Of a DNA stretch of 49,117 nt, positions 18,210-25,950 are shown one piece after another. The stretch comes from Candidatus Micrarchaeota archaeon (GTDB taxonomy: Archaea; Micrarchaeota; Micrarchaeia; Micrarchaeales; CABMGC01), in the NCBI GenBank assembly GCA_023270015.1, contig JAGDXZ010000013.1, positions 1-49,117 of the forward strand, in the 5' to 3' direction. Each line of letters begins with the position of its first letter. The first letter of the stretch is position 1. The position numbers were made by a program, and so were the translations under genes. A model generated the notes under the pieces. It did not search any database and was not told where the DNA came from. It worked only from the letters and a program-made list of their open reading frames with translations.

Positions 18210-19509
18210 TCAATCCCTCTATTATGCTGGCCATTTGAATGGCCTTGCCTTCCTGCAAATGATCCGCTATTACCTGAACTGAGACAGGCAAGCCGTTTAT
18301 GCGGCCTATGGGCAAGGCAACTGTAGGCATGCCGGCCATGTTTGGTGCAACGGTAAGTATGTCCATCATGTAGACCTGTGCAGGTTCCAACTTTTCTATT
18401 TCGCTGAACTTTGGTGGCAGTATTGGCATTGCCGGAGCAAGCAGCACGTCGACCTTTGCAAACGCCTGCTTGAACTCATTTATTATCCTTTTTCTTATTT
18501 TCAAAGCCTTGAGATAGTACCTGTCTTTGTAACCAGCCATTCTTGTGAAAGTGCCAAGTATTATTCTTCTCTTTGCTTCTTCTCCAAAGCCTTCGGTCCT
18601 TACCTTGGTAAAGTATTCCTCTATGTTTTGTTTTTCATCAAATTCCAGTTGCAGACCGTATCTTAGGCCACTGAATTTTGCAAGGTTCGTCGAAGCTTCG
18701 GACATTGAGATTATGTAATAGGTAGGTATTGCAAGTTCTGTAGAAGGAAGAGAAACCTGCTCTAATTCGAAGCCTAGCGAGTTTAGCCTGTCTGCAAGCA
18801 TCTCTACTTCTTTGACTATGCCGCTGTCTACTGCGCTTGAGAAATATTCCTTTGGCAGGCCTACTCTTAGCTTCTTTCCGTCTGGTTTTGCAAACGCCGT
18901 GTAATCTGTGTTCTGCGTTCGCAAAGAGGTAGCATCTTTCTCATCGTATCCTGCAATAACAGATAGCAAAAGCGCAGCATCGTAAACACTCTTTCCTATA
19001 GTGCCTATCTTGTCCAACGAGTTTGCGTAGTCAACAAGCCCCCATCTTGATACAAGGCCGTAGGTTGGAGTTATGCCTACTGTGCCTGTAAATGCTGCAG
19101 GGCACGTTATGCTGCCACCTGTAGACTCGGCTATAGACACTATCGGAAGCTTGAACGCAGCTACAGCTCCAGCCGATCCGCCACTACTGCCACCGCATGA
19201 ACGCTCAGGGTCTAGCGGGTTCTTAGGCACGCCAAACGCACAGTTTGTAGAGAAAGTTCCAAACCCAAATTCATCCATTGCAGTTTTGCCAACTATGCCT
19301 GCCCCTTCTTTCTTTGCCTTTTCCACAACAGTTGCGTCGAATGGCGGCACATAATTTTCAAGAATCTTTGATCCAGCAGTAGTTCTCATGCCTTTTGTAC
19401 ATATGTTGTCTTTTACCGCCACAGGTACTCCAGGAAGGAGGCTTTGCGGCGTTATTTCAAACCTTATAGATTCAGCTACTGAGATGAATGGAGCATAGGC
19501 TGCTTGCAC
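18199..19509 (-). CDS. gatA: Amidotransferase subunit A; the true N-terminus probably extends upstream, see findings
   Basis: Amidase signature GGSSGGSAGAVAA, VAVKDNI and STGGSIT. The first canonical start is GTG at 19509, but 37 further in-frame sense codons with GatA-like sequence reach the gatC stop. Confidence 0.95.
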   Translation of the reverse strand: MQAAYAPFISVAESIRFEITPQSLLPGVPVAVKDNICTKGMRTTAGSKILENYVPPFDATVVEKAKKEGAGIVGKTAMDEFGFGTFSTNCAFGVPKNPLDPERSCGGSSGGSAGAVAAFKLPIVSIAESTGGSITCPAAFTGTVGITPTYGLVSRWGLVDYANSLDKIGTIGKSVYDAALLLSVIAGYDEKDATSLRTQNTDYTAFAKPDGKKLRVGLPKEYFSSAVDSGIVKEVEMLADRLNSLGFELEQVSLPSTELAIPTYYIISMSEASTNLAKFSGLRYGLQLEFDEKQNIEEYFTKVRTEGFGEEAKRRIILGTFTRMAGYKDRYYLKALKIRKRIINEFKQAFAKVDVLLAPAMPILPPKFSEIEKLEPAQVYMMDILTVAPNMAGMPTVALPIGRINGLPVSVQVIADHLQEGKAIQMASIIEGLNGR

Positions 19510-19620
19510 ACGCTTTGCCTCTTCGACAACCTTTGCAGAAAAATCAGCAAGGTCTATGCTGCCTGATTTTACCGCTTCAATATGCTCTTTTAAAGTGCGT
19601 ATGTATTCAATAAGCTCACC

Positions 19621-19899
19621 CTAAACTATCTTTGGACTTTTTATATATTTTCCTTCAACATGCTTTGCGTTTGCAAGCGGATCCCAGTCAAATTTTACAG
19701 GCTTGTCGGGCCTTAGTCCGTTTTCTGCTTCAATGCAGTGATATGCTGGCTCGCCTTCAACATTTGCGCTTGCGACCTTGTTAAAGAGATCAAGCACGTC
19801 TCGTATTTGTTTTGCAAACTTCTGCCTTTCTTCATCGCTTAACTGAAGCCTTGCAAGCCTTGAAACATGCTGCAGCACATACTCTGCATCTGCGTCCAT
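19621..19899 (-). CDS. gatC: Amidotransferase subunit C
   Basis: 92 aa. HVSRLARLQLSDEE...LRPD pattern typical of GatC. Directly upstream of gatA. Confidence 0.85.
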   Translation of the reverse strand: MDADAEYVLQHVSRLARLQLSDEERQKFAKQIRDVLDLFNKVASANVEGEPAYHCIEAENGLRPDKPVKFDWDPLANAKHVEGKYIKSPKIV

Positions 19900-20012
19900 G
19901 CTTATTGATTAAGTCCAAACATAATTTAAATTTTTTCGGTCTTTTCCACTGTAGTATGATGCGCTCTCTACTGTGCAAACCTTTTTATATTTTAATGTAT
20001 TTCAATTAAACT

Positions 20013-20252
20013 ATGAAACAGGCATCAAGGGCAAAAGCTAAGGGAAGTGAAGAAGGCAGGAAGTATACTACCATCACCATCCCAAGGCCCCTATTCGAAA
20101 AACTGCAGGAGCAGATAAAAGACACAGGCTTCTCGTCAGTTTCGGATTACGTCACATTCATCCTGCGTGAAATGGTAAGTGATCTGAAGAGTAAAGGAGG
20201 CTTAAGCAAGGATAGCGTGATAGAAAAGCTTAAGGCACTTGGTTATGTTTGA
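20013..20252 (+). CDS. Ribbon-helix-helix (CopG-like) DNA-binding protein with a C-terminal LKALGYV tail
   Basis: The RHH core is a beta strand (YTTITIP) followed by two helices (LFEKLQEQI, VSDYVTFILREMV). A TATA-like TTTTTATATTTT lies about 25 nt upstream. Confidence 0.7.
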   Translation: MKQASRAKAKGSEEGRKYTTITIPRPLFEKLQEQIKDTGFSSVSDYVTFILREMVSDLKSKGGLSKDSVIEKLKALGYV

Positions 20253-20253
20253 T

Positions 20254-20556
20254 ATGGGTAATTCCATGGTAGTTTCAAAATTTGATGAGGTCATTGAAGA
20301 ATTGAACAGAAATCCGGTAAGGGAAAACTGGGAAAAATTCCAGAAATTCCTTCCGAAAAGCAGGGCCAAATACTACAAGACCTTCTACATTGATGGCAAA
20401 CTGAGAGGTGTGCAGGACCTTACAAAGTCTTACGTTGAGCTTTATGATTCTGCCCAGAGGCCAATAGCGAAGATACCGATTTTCATAAAAGAAAAGAAAA
20501 AAATAGAGGGTGCAACTTACTATCTGAAAGGCCTGCTTAATATTAACAAGTTTTAA
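20254..20556 (+). CDS. Hypothetical protein, 100 aa, translationally coupled to the RHH gene
   Basis: ATG lies 1 nt after the RHH TGA. No recognisable family. Confidence 0.5.
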   Translation: MGNSMVVSKFDEVIEELNRNPVRENWEKFQKFLPKSRAKYYKTFYIDGKLRGVQDLTKSYVELYDSAQRPIAKIPIFIKEKKKIEGATYYLKGLLNINKF

Positions 20557-20567
20557 GAGCTGATAAA

Positions 20568-21356
20568 ATGATAGAACAAGATCTTGACGAATTGGAGGAG
20601 AGGAGCATATACATAATGAGGGAAGCAAAGGAAAAGTTCGGAAATATTGCCGCACTTTGGAGCATGGGAAAAGACAGTACTACTATGCTTGCAATTGCAA
20701 GGAAGGCGTTTCTGGGCAAGGTGCCTTTTCCAGTAATCCACATCGATAACGGCATAGATTTTCCAGAGTCCTATAAATTCAGGGATGACCTTGTTAAAAA
20801 ATGGAAGCTCAACCTGATAGTGGCGAAAAGCGAGATAAAACCTGAGATTTCTGGGTTTAGCTGCTGCGGGGCTAATAAGACTGAAGCACTGAAGAAGGTA
20901 ATGGCAAAGTACAAGTTCAAGGCTTTAATAGTATCGATAAGAAGAGACGAGCATGCGATAAGGGCTAAGGAAAGGTACATGAGCGTCAGGGATAGGAACT
21001 TCAAATGGAATTACAGGAACCAGCCGCCAGAGCTTTGGGATGACTACTCTTCAAAGATAGAGGAAGGAGGGCATGTTAGAGTGCACCCGCTTTTGGACTG
21101 GAACGAGATAGACATATGGCGCTACATCAAAAAGGAGCACATACCTGTGAATCCCCTCTATTTTTCCAGGAACGGCTACCGATATAGGAGCCTTGGCTGC
21201 ACACATTGTACAGTGCCAATAAAATCAGATGCCAAAACAGTAGATGACATAATAAACGAACTAAAAACGACTAATATTGAGGAAAGATCAGGTAGGGAGC
21301 AGGACAAGGAAAAGGCATATATCATGCAAAGGCTTAGGGCTCTCGGATATATGTAG
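20568..21356 (+). CDS. cysD: Sulfate adenylyltransferase subunit 2-like protein (CysD / PAPS-reductase fold)
   Basis: PP-loop WSMGKDST. LEERSIYIMREA...ARKAFLGKVPFPVIHIDNG parallels E. coli CysD. The C-terminal ...RLRALGYM parallels the E. coli ...LKKRQGYF. Confidence 0.85.
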   Translation: MIEQDLDELEERSIYIMREAKEKFGNIAALWSMGKDSTTMLAIARKAFLGKVPFPVIHIDNGIDFPESYKFRDDLVKKWKLNLIVAKSEIKPEISGFSCCGANKTEALKKVMAKYKFKALIVSIRRDEHAIRAKERYMSVRDRNFKWNYRNQPPELWDDYSSKIEEGGHVRVHPLLDWNEIDIWRYIKKEHIPVNPLYFSRNGYRYRSLGCTHCTVPIKSDAKTVDDIINELKTTNIEERSGREQDKEKAYIMQRLRALGYM

Positions 21357-21379
21357 TAAAAATTTGTATAGGCGCTGGC

Positions 21380-22585
21380 ATGGATAGAATAGTTGTGCTG
21401 GGGCATAAGGACCATGGCAAATCAACGCTAATAGGCCAGCTTCTCATACAAACCAATTCTGTATTTGAATCAAGAATAGCAGAAGCGAAAAGGGCAAGCA
21501 AAAGGCTAGGCAAGAAATTTGAGCCTGCCTTCCTGCTAGACAGCTTTTCGGAAGAAAGGGCATACGGACTTACGCTAGATACTACGAGGGCAGAGCTCAA
21601 GTACAAAGGCGCTGCTTACGAGTTCATAGATGTGCCAGGCCACAAGGAACTAATACAAAACATGATAACAGGAGCTTCATATGCCGACTCTGCAATACTG
21701 GTTGTTTCTGCAAAGGCAGGTGAAGGATTCAAAGACCAGACTAGGCGGCATGTTTTCATAGCGAACATGCTGGGAATTGATTTCTTCATCGTTGCGGTAA
21801 ACAAGCTAGATGCGGTTGGCTACTCTGAGCAGGCTTTCAACAGGATAAAAGGAGAAGTGGAAGCGTATCTTAAGGCAGTGGGTATAAACAACTTTGTATT
21901 CGTACCCGTTTCTGCGTACACAGGTGAAAATCTTGTTGCGCTATCAAAAAACATGAAATGGTACAAGGGTAAGCCTTTGCTCGAGATCCTACACAGCAGA
22001 GTGCATAAGAAGGGCCATGGTCACGAAAGGCAGGCAGTCGTTCTGCTTCACGGCACTGTTGAAGGAGAGCGCGAGAGATTCATAGCAGGGCGCGTGATCT
22101 CCGGCAAGCTCTCCTCTAAGCAGCAGCTTCTGTTGCTACCCGAAAACAAGAAGGTCACGCTTCTTTCATTGCTTGTCAAAGGGAAGAAAAGCAGGCAAGC
22201 GAAAAAGGGCGAAAACATAGCCGCCAAGCTTAGCGTAGATGTAAAGGAGCCGAAAGGCAAAGTGCTGGCAAGCACTAATGCGGATATAAGCGTCGGCAAG
22301 AAACTACCTGCTAAGATCCTTACTGTATCTGGCCTTTCTAGCAAGTTGCAGATTAACTTCAATGGCGTTTTGCTAGATTGCAAAATAGGAAAGCTTGGAA
22401 GGAAAACAGATATACTTACAGGTAAGCCATACAAGCATGGCAAAATTTTTGCTGCAGAATGCGAGCTCGAGCTTAGCAAGCCCATAGTGTACTCTTCTTT
22501 TGCGAAGTATCCTGAACTTGGTAGGTTTATTCTGCTCTCTGATGGCAACTTTTCAGGGTTCGGAATAGTGAATAATAGGAATTAA
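21380..22585 (+). CDS. cysN: Sulfate adenylyltransferase subunit 1-like GTPase (CysN-like, no APS kinase domain)
   Basis: G1 GHKDHGKST, G3 DVPGH, G4 NKLD, and the CysN-typical QTRRH. 401 aa. Confidence 0.85.
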   Translation: MDRIVVLGHKDHGKSTLIGQLLIQTNSVFESRIAEAKRASKRLGKKFEPAFLLDSFSEERAYGLTLDTTRAELKYKGAAYEFIDVPGHKELIQNMITGASYADSAILVVSAKAGEGFKDQTRRHVFIANMLGIDFFIVAVNKLDAVGYSEQAFNRIKGEVEAYLKAVGINNFVFVPVSAYTGENLVALSKNMKWYKGKPLLEILHSRVHKKGHGHERQAVVLLHGTVEGERERFIAGRVISGKLSSKQQLLLLPENKKVTLLSLLVKGKKSRQAKKGENIAAKLSVDVKEPKGKVLASTNADISVGKKLPAKILTVSGLSSKLQINFNGVLLDCKIGKLGRKTDILTGKPYKHGKIFAAECELELSKPIVYSSFAKYPELGRFILLSDGNFSGFGIVNNRN

Positions 22586-22615
22586 TATTTGTGATAGGAA
22601 AAAATTAGCGATACA

Positions 22616-23464
22616 ATGAAAGTAATACAAGCACAGAGAAATGTAGAAATAGGGCTTCAGAAGGTAGTAGAGAAGATACAAAGCCTAGACAAAAAAGAGT
22701 TTGCAAGCCCAAAACTCTACGCCGCTTCTTTGCACCTGTTGGAAAAGCCAGGCAAGCTTCTCAGGCCGGCGTTGGTTTTTATAGGCTCTATGATGCTTAA
22801 CCTTAAAGAGGATTTTGTAGACTTAGCTACCGCTGTGGAGCTTTTTCATGTGTCATCACTAATTCACGACGACATAATAGACAATAGCTGCACTAGGAGG
22901 GGCACAGAAGCTGTGCATGTGAAATATGGCATAAGCCAAGCCCTGCTTGCAGGCGATGCTTTGATGGCAAATGCGATCAAGCTTGTAGCTCCGTATGGCA
23001 ACAATATTGTTTCCTATCTTTCTGGTGCTGCAATGGCAATGTGTGCTGGAGAGGCGCTAGAGCTTGAAAGCAGGACCAAAACCCTCAAGCGGTATCTTCA
23101 GATTGCTCATCTCAAAACCGCCACGCTCATAGGAGCTTCGCTTAGCGTAACAGCAGTTTATGCCAAAAGCAGGCTTGCCGAAAAGCTTAACAAAATAGGC
23201 ACAATGGCCGGAATCGCATTCCAAATAAGGGATGATGTGCTCGACTACCTGGAAGGCGAACGCGATGCTTCGCATAGCAACATAATAGATGTGCTTTATT
23301 CAAAAACCAAGAGTGTCTCGCAGGCCGTTGACGAGGCTGTAAAGATTAACAATGCGAATGTAAGCAAAGCTATCATGCTATCTAGAAGCATTCCAGACTG
23401 CTCAAGCAAGGCGCTTTTGAACAGCTACTTGGAAAGCATAAGGCTTCCTAAAGAACTCCGCTGA
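22616..23464 (+). CDS. Polyprenyl diphosphate synthase (GGPP synthase-like)
   Basis: First and second Asp-rich motifs: LIHDDIIDNS and FQIRDDVLD. Confidence 0.9.
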   Translation: MKVIQAQRNVEIGLQKVVEKIQSLDKKEFASPKLYAASLHLLEKPGKLLRPALVFIGSMMLNLKEDFVDLATAVELFHVSSLIHDDIIDNSCTRRGTEAVHVKYGISQALLAGDALMANAIKLVAPYGNNIVSYLSGAAMAMCAGEALELESRTKTLKRYLQIAHLKTATLIGASLSVTAVYAKSRLAEKLNKIGTMAGIAFQIRDDVLDYLEGERDASHSNIIDVLYSKTKSVSQAVDEAVKINNANVSKAIMLSRSIPDCSSKALLNSYLESIRLPKELR

Positions 23465-24380
23465 GGAAGATGCCAACGCTTAGTAAGATGACGAAGAGAA
23501 AGAAAAAGGCGACATTGTAGCCCATGTACTTCTCAAACTTTTCTGGGCTTTCAAAATGCAAAGTTCCTTTATACGCAGCCAGCATGAGAGGTATTGCAAG
23601 CATTGGCAAAAGCGCAAGAGGCTTTAGCGCCTTGACTGCCACTCCTGCTATCAGTGATACATAGCCAAGGGCCTGAAGGAAAATGTATGTATTGGCTATT
23701 TTCTTAGGATTGGCGAGCATTACAGCAAGGCTTTTTCTGCCATACTTTCTGTCAAAGGGAGCGTCAGGCACTTCATTAAGCAGAAGCACCATGCTGACAA
23801 GAATGCCTATAGGTATGCTGCTGAAAACTAGACTCTGCAGCACAGCTACTTTGCCCGTCAAAGCTACAAATGCGCCTATTGGTACAAGTGTATAAACAAC
23901 TATGAGCATCGGCTCTGCCACATATGGTATCTTGAGCAGAAATGCAGTATAAAGGACAATTACCGCAGCCCCAAACGCAACAATAGGCAAAAGCGCCGGC
24001 ACCAGCAGGACAAAATACACGCCTATTAATGCAGCTAATGCAAATACGAAAATAGCGAGCCACAAGACCTTTTTCTCATCGATAAGCCCTTTTCTGAGAT
24101 ACACAGATTTTATCGTGCCCCCACTGAATTTGGTAAGTGGCACTTCTTTATCCAAGCCAGTTGAATAGTCGGTGTAGGAATTGAACGTATTGACTGCCAT
24201 GTTGGCAAGTGCAAGCCCTACTAGAAGAAGAACAAGAAGCCATGTGCTTATTCTTGTATACGCCGCTGCAAAGACTATACCAACCAATGAGCTCACAGGT
24301 GTTATTAAAAAGTTTGGATCTAACAGCTCCAGCGCGTAATACTTTAGCATCAAATTCCCATTTACCAATTCCGCATTCAA
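23448..24380 (-). CDS. UbiA family prenyltransferase (MenA-like)
   Basis: About 8-9 TM segments. NTFNSYTDYSTGLD is an N-x3-D-x3-D type motif. The 3' end overlaps the convergent prenyl synthase gene by 17 nt. Confidence 0.8.
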   Translation of the reverse strand: MNAELVNGNLMLKYYALELLDPNFLITPVSSLVGIVFAAAYTRISTWLLVLLLVGLALANMAVNTFNSYTDYSTGLDKEVPLTKFSGGTIKSVYLRKGLIDEKKVLWLAIFVFALAALIGVYFVLLVPALLPIVAFGAAVIVLYTAFLLKIPYVAEPMLIVVYTLVPIGAFVALTGKVAVLQSLVFSSIPIGILVSMVLLLNEVPDAPFDRKYGRKSLAVMLANPKKIANTYIFLQALGYVSLIAGVAVKALKPLALLPMLAIPLMLAAYKGTLHFESPEKFEKYMGYNVAFFFLFVILLSVGIFLSGVL

Positions 24381-24398
24381 GTTGCAAGTTGGTTTATA

Positions 24399-24471
24399 TG
24401 CGACCGCCGGGATTTGAACCCGGGTTCCTGCCTTGGCAAGGCAATGTCCTACCAGGCTAGACTACGATCGC
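24399..24471 (-). tRNA. tRNA-Gly (anticodon GCC)
   Basis: The reverse complement is GCGATCG...TTGCC-TTGCCAA-GGCAG...CCGGG-TTCAAAT-CCCGG-CGGTCGC-A, a full cloverleaf. Confidence 0.9.
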
Positions 24472-24553
24472 ATAATTTCATATTGATTTTATTGTGCAGA
24501 AATAAAAAGATTGCTCCATTTGATTTTAAATTCTTTGTTTGAATGTTTTGACC

Positions 24554-24820
24554 ATGCCATATATAAAGAAAGACAAGAGGCAGGACATCGATAAGCTTCT
24601 GGAGCCACTTATCGGCTTATTGAAAAGCGCCGAAACAGAGGAAGTAGACGGGGAATTGAACTATGTGATAACAAAGCTACTTTGGAACCTTTACAGCCCT
24701 AGATATTTCAACTACAACCGTGCAATTGGTGTATTGGAATCAGTAAAGCAGGAATTTTACAGAAGGAAGGTAGCCCCTTATGAAGACGAAAAAATGAAAG
24801 AAAACGGCGACATTCAGTAG
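24554..24820 (+). CDS. Small conserved hypothetical protein (GELNY...EFYRR...YEDEK..NGD motifs)
   Basis: The ATG at 24554 (MPYIKKDKRQ) is favoured over the TTG at 24539 because a TATA-like GATTTTAAATTC lies about 30 nt upstream. From memory only, the motif set resembles a family seen in phage and prokaryote genomes. Confidence 0.55.
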   Translation: MPYIKKDKRQDIDKLLEPLIGLLKSAETEEVDGELNYVITKLLWNLYSPRYFNYNRAIGVLESVKQEFYRRKVAPYEDEKMKENGDIQ

Positions 24821-25791
24821 TCGCCGAAGTACTTGCCTTCAATTCCTTCGAGGAAGTCGTCTTTACCCTGCTGCTTGCTGAAGAATAGCCTGTGCAAGAA
24901 GGTGAGTTCCCCTATCGGATTCCTGTGGAGGCGCTTTTTGAAAATTTGAAGGTCTTCGGGCCTTACTGCATGGGTCTGGGTCTGCGGTTGTGCTTCTGTT
25001 TGTTGGTTACGCTGTGCATGTTCTGGCTTTTCCTCTTTCTTTTCGTTTTGCTCCTCTTTCTTTTCCGTTCTTTTTACTTCTATCAATGCAACGTTCGAAT
25101 TTGCTGACTTGGCTTCGCCTTTGTGGCTTTCTTCGTTTTCTGGCTTTTCGATAGCATAGGCCACTTCACCATCTGTTTCTTCCTCCACGCTTGTGCTCTG
25201 CTCCCTTGCTGCCTCTTCATACGCGTATTCTGTAGCAAATGGAACTGTGTAGTCGTTCATTACTGCATTATGGCCTGCTTCAAGTGTATTTGGCAGATAG
25301 AATCTTGGGGCAGCGCCGTAACCATTACCCATTACGAATATGTTGACTACGGGTGTTGTGTGGTGGACTATGGTTTCTCCAGACTCTTTCCTATTTAGCC
25401 TTTCGTGTATGTTTGCGCTAAGCTTTCCTGCCAGTATTCTTGCTGCGCCTCTTGTCAGGCCATTTATTTCGGTTTCGTCTTCTTCTTGGCTTGTAACTGC
25501 ATGCTCGTTAGGCTTTGATGCTCCAAGAAGCCTTAGCTTTATTGACGAGAAGACAAAGCCGTGTACAAGCCTGAAGCTTACTATGTGCTCGTAAGGTATG
25601 AAGTGCATATCAGACCTTATTCCAAGCACATCCCTCTTCATTATTATAAGCCGCTTGTCCGTTGCCAATGTCATTGCAGGCGCAATGAGCTTTGTAAGCC
25701 TGTGCTGCCTGCCAACTGCAATTACTTCCTCCCCCTCTTCTAGGATCTTCGACAATGTTTTCAGTTCGGTTTTTGTAAGATTCGCCGACAT
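24814..25791 (-). CDS. Bacterial-type PH domain (bPH_2/YdbT-like) protein with a long E/K/Q-rich region
   Basis: N-terminal L..GEEVIAVGRQH...ATDKRLIIMKR...IPYEHIVSFRL... fits bPH_2. The remainder is low complexity. Confidence 0.55.
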   Translation of the reverse strand: MSANLTKTELKTLSKILEEGEEVIAVGRQHRLTKLIAPAMTLATDKRLIIMKRDVLGIRSDMHFIPYEHIVSFRLVHGFVFSSIKLRLLGASKPNEHAVTSQEEDETEINGLTRGAARILAGKLSANIHERLNRKESGETIVHHTTPVVNIFVMGNGYGAAPRFYLPNTLEAGHNAVMNDYTVPFATEYAYEEAAREQSTSVEEETDGEVAYAIEKPENEESHKGEAKSANSNVALIEVKRTEKKEEQNEKKEEKPEHAQRNQQTEAQPQTQTHAVRPEDLQIFKKRLHRNPIGELTFLHRLFFSKQQGKDDFLEGIEGKYFGDY

Positions 25792-25950
25792 TTTTTCACC
25801 CTATAAGCGCAACGCCTTCCCCTACATTTTGGCCTCCGCATTTAAATAATATTGCTTAATTTTTCCAACCCCCCTGAACCGGAATCCTAATACTTGGACC
25901 ACATAGAAATAAATTACTTGCGTACAAAGGGAAAGAGAAAGCGGCTGGCT

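Noticed and set aside
17437-18282. Cluster of plus-strand ORFs inside gatB. Similar antisense ORFs occur inside sufS, sufC, sufD, aspS, gatA, lig, hel308 and others.
   Set aside because: All lie antisense to, or out of frame with, strongly supported genes. They give low-complexity S/L/F/C-rich translations, as expected for shadow ORFs. No start-site signals were seen.
19621-19623. Possibility that TAG is reassigned (for example to Pyl) or generally read through in this organism. This was prompted by the in-frame TAGs at the gatC/gatA junction and in the HepT remnant.
   Set aside because: TAG clearly terminates well-defined genes here. sufC ends at TAG 1 nt before the sufS ATG, the M20 peptidase ends at TAG, and gatB ends at TAG at the expected C-terminus. 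No pyl genes were seen. Global recoding is therefore unlikely, and the gatC/gatA case is treated as a local oddity.
23448-23464. 17-nt 3'-end overlap of the convergent prenyl synthase and UbiA prenyltransferase genes
   Set aside because: Short convergent overlaps are common in compact genomes. The functional pairing (isoprenoid synthesis and transfer) is unsurprising.
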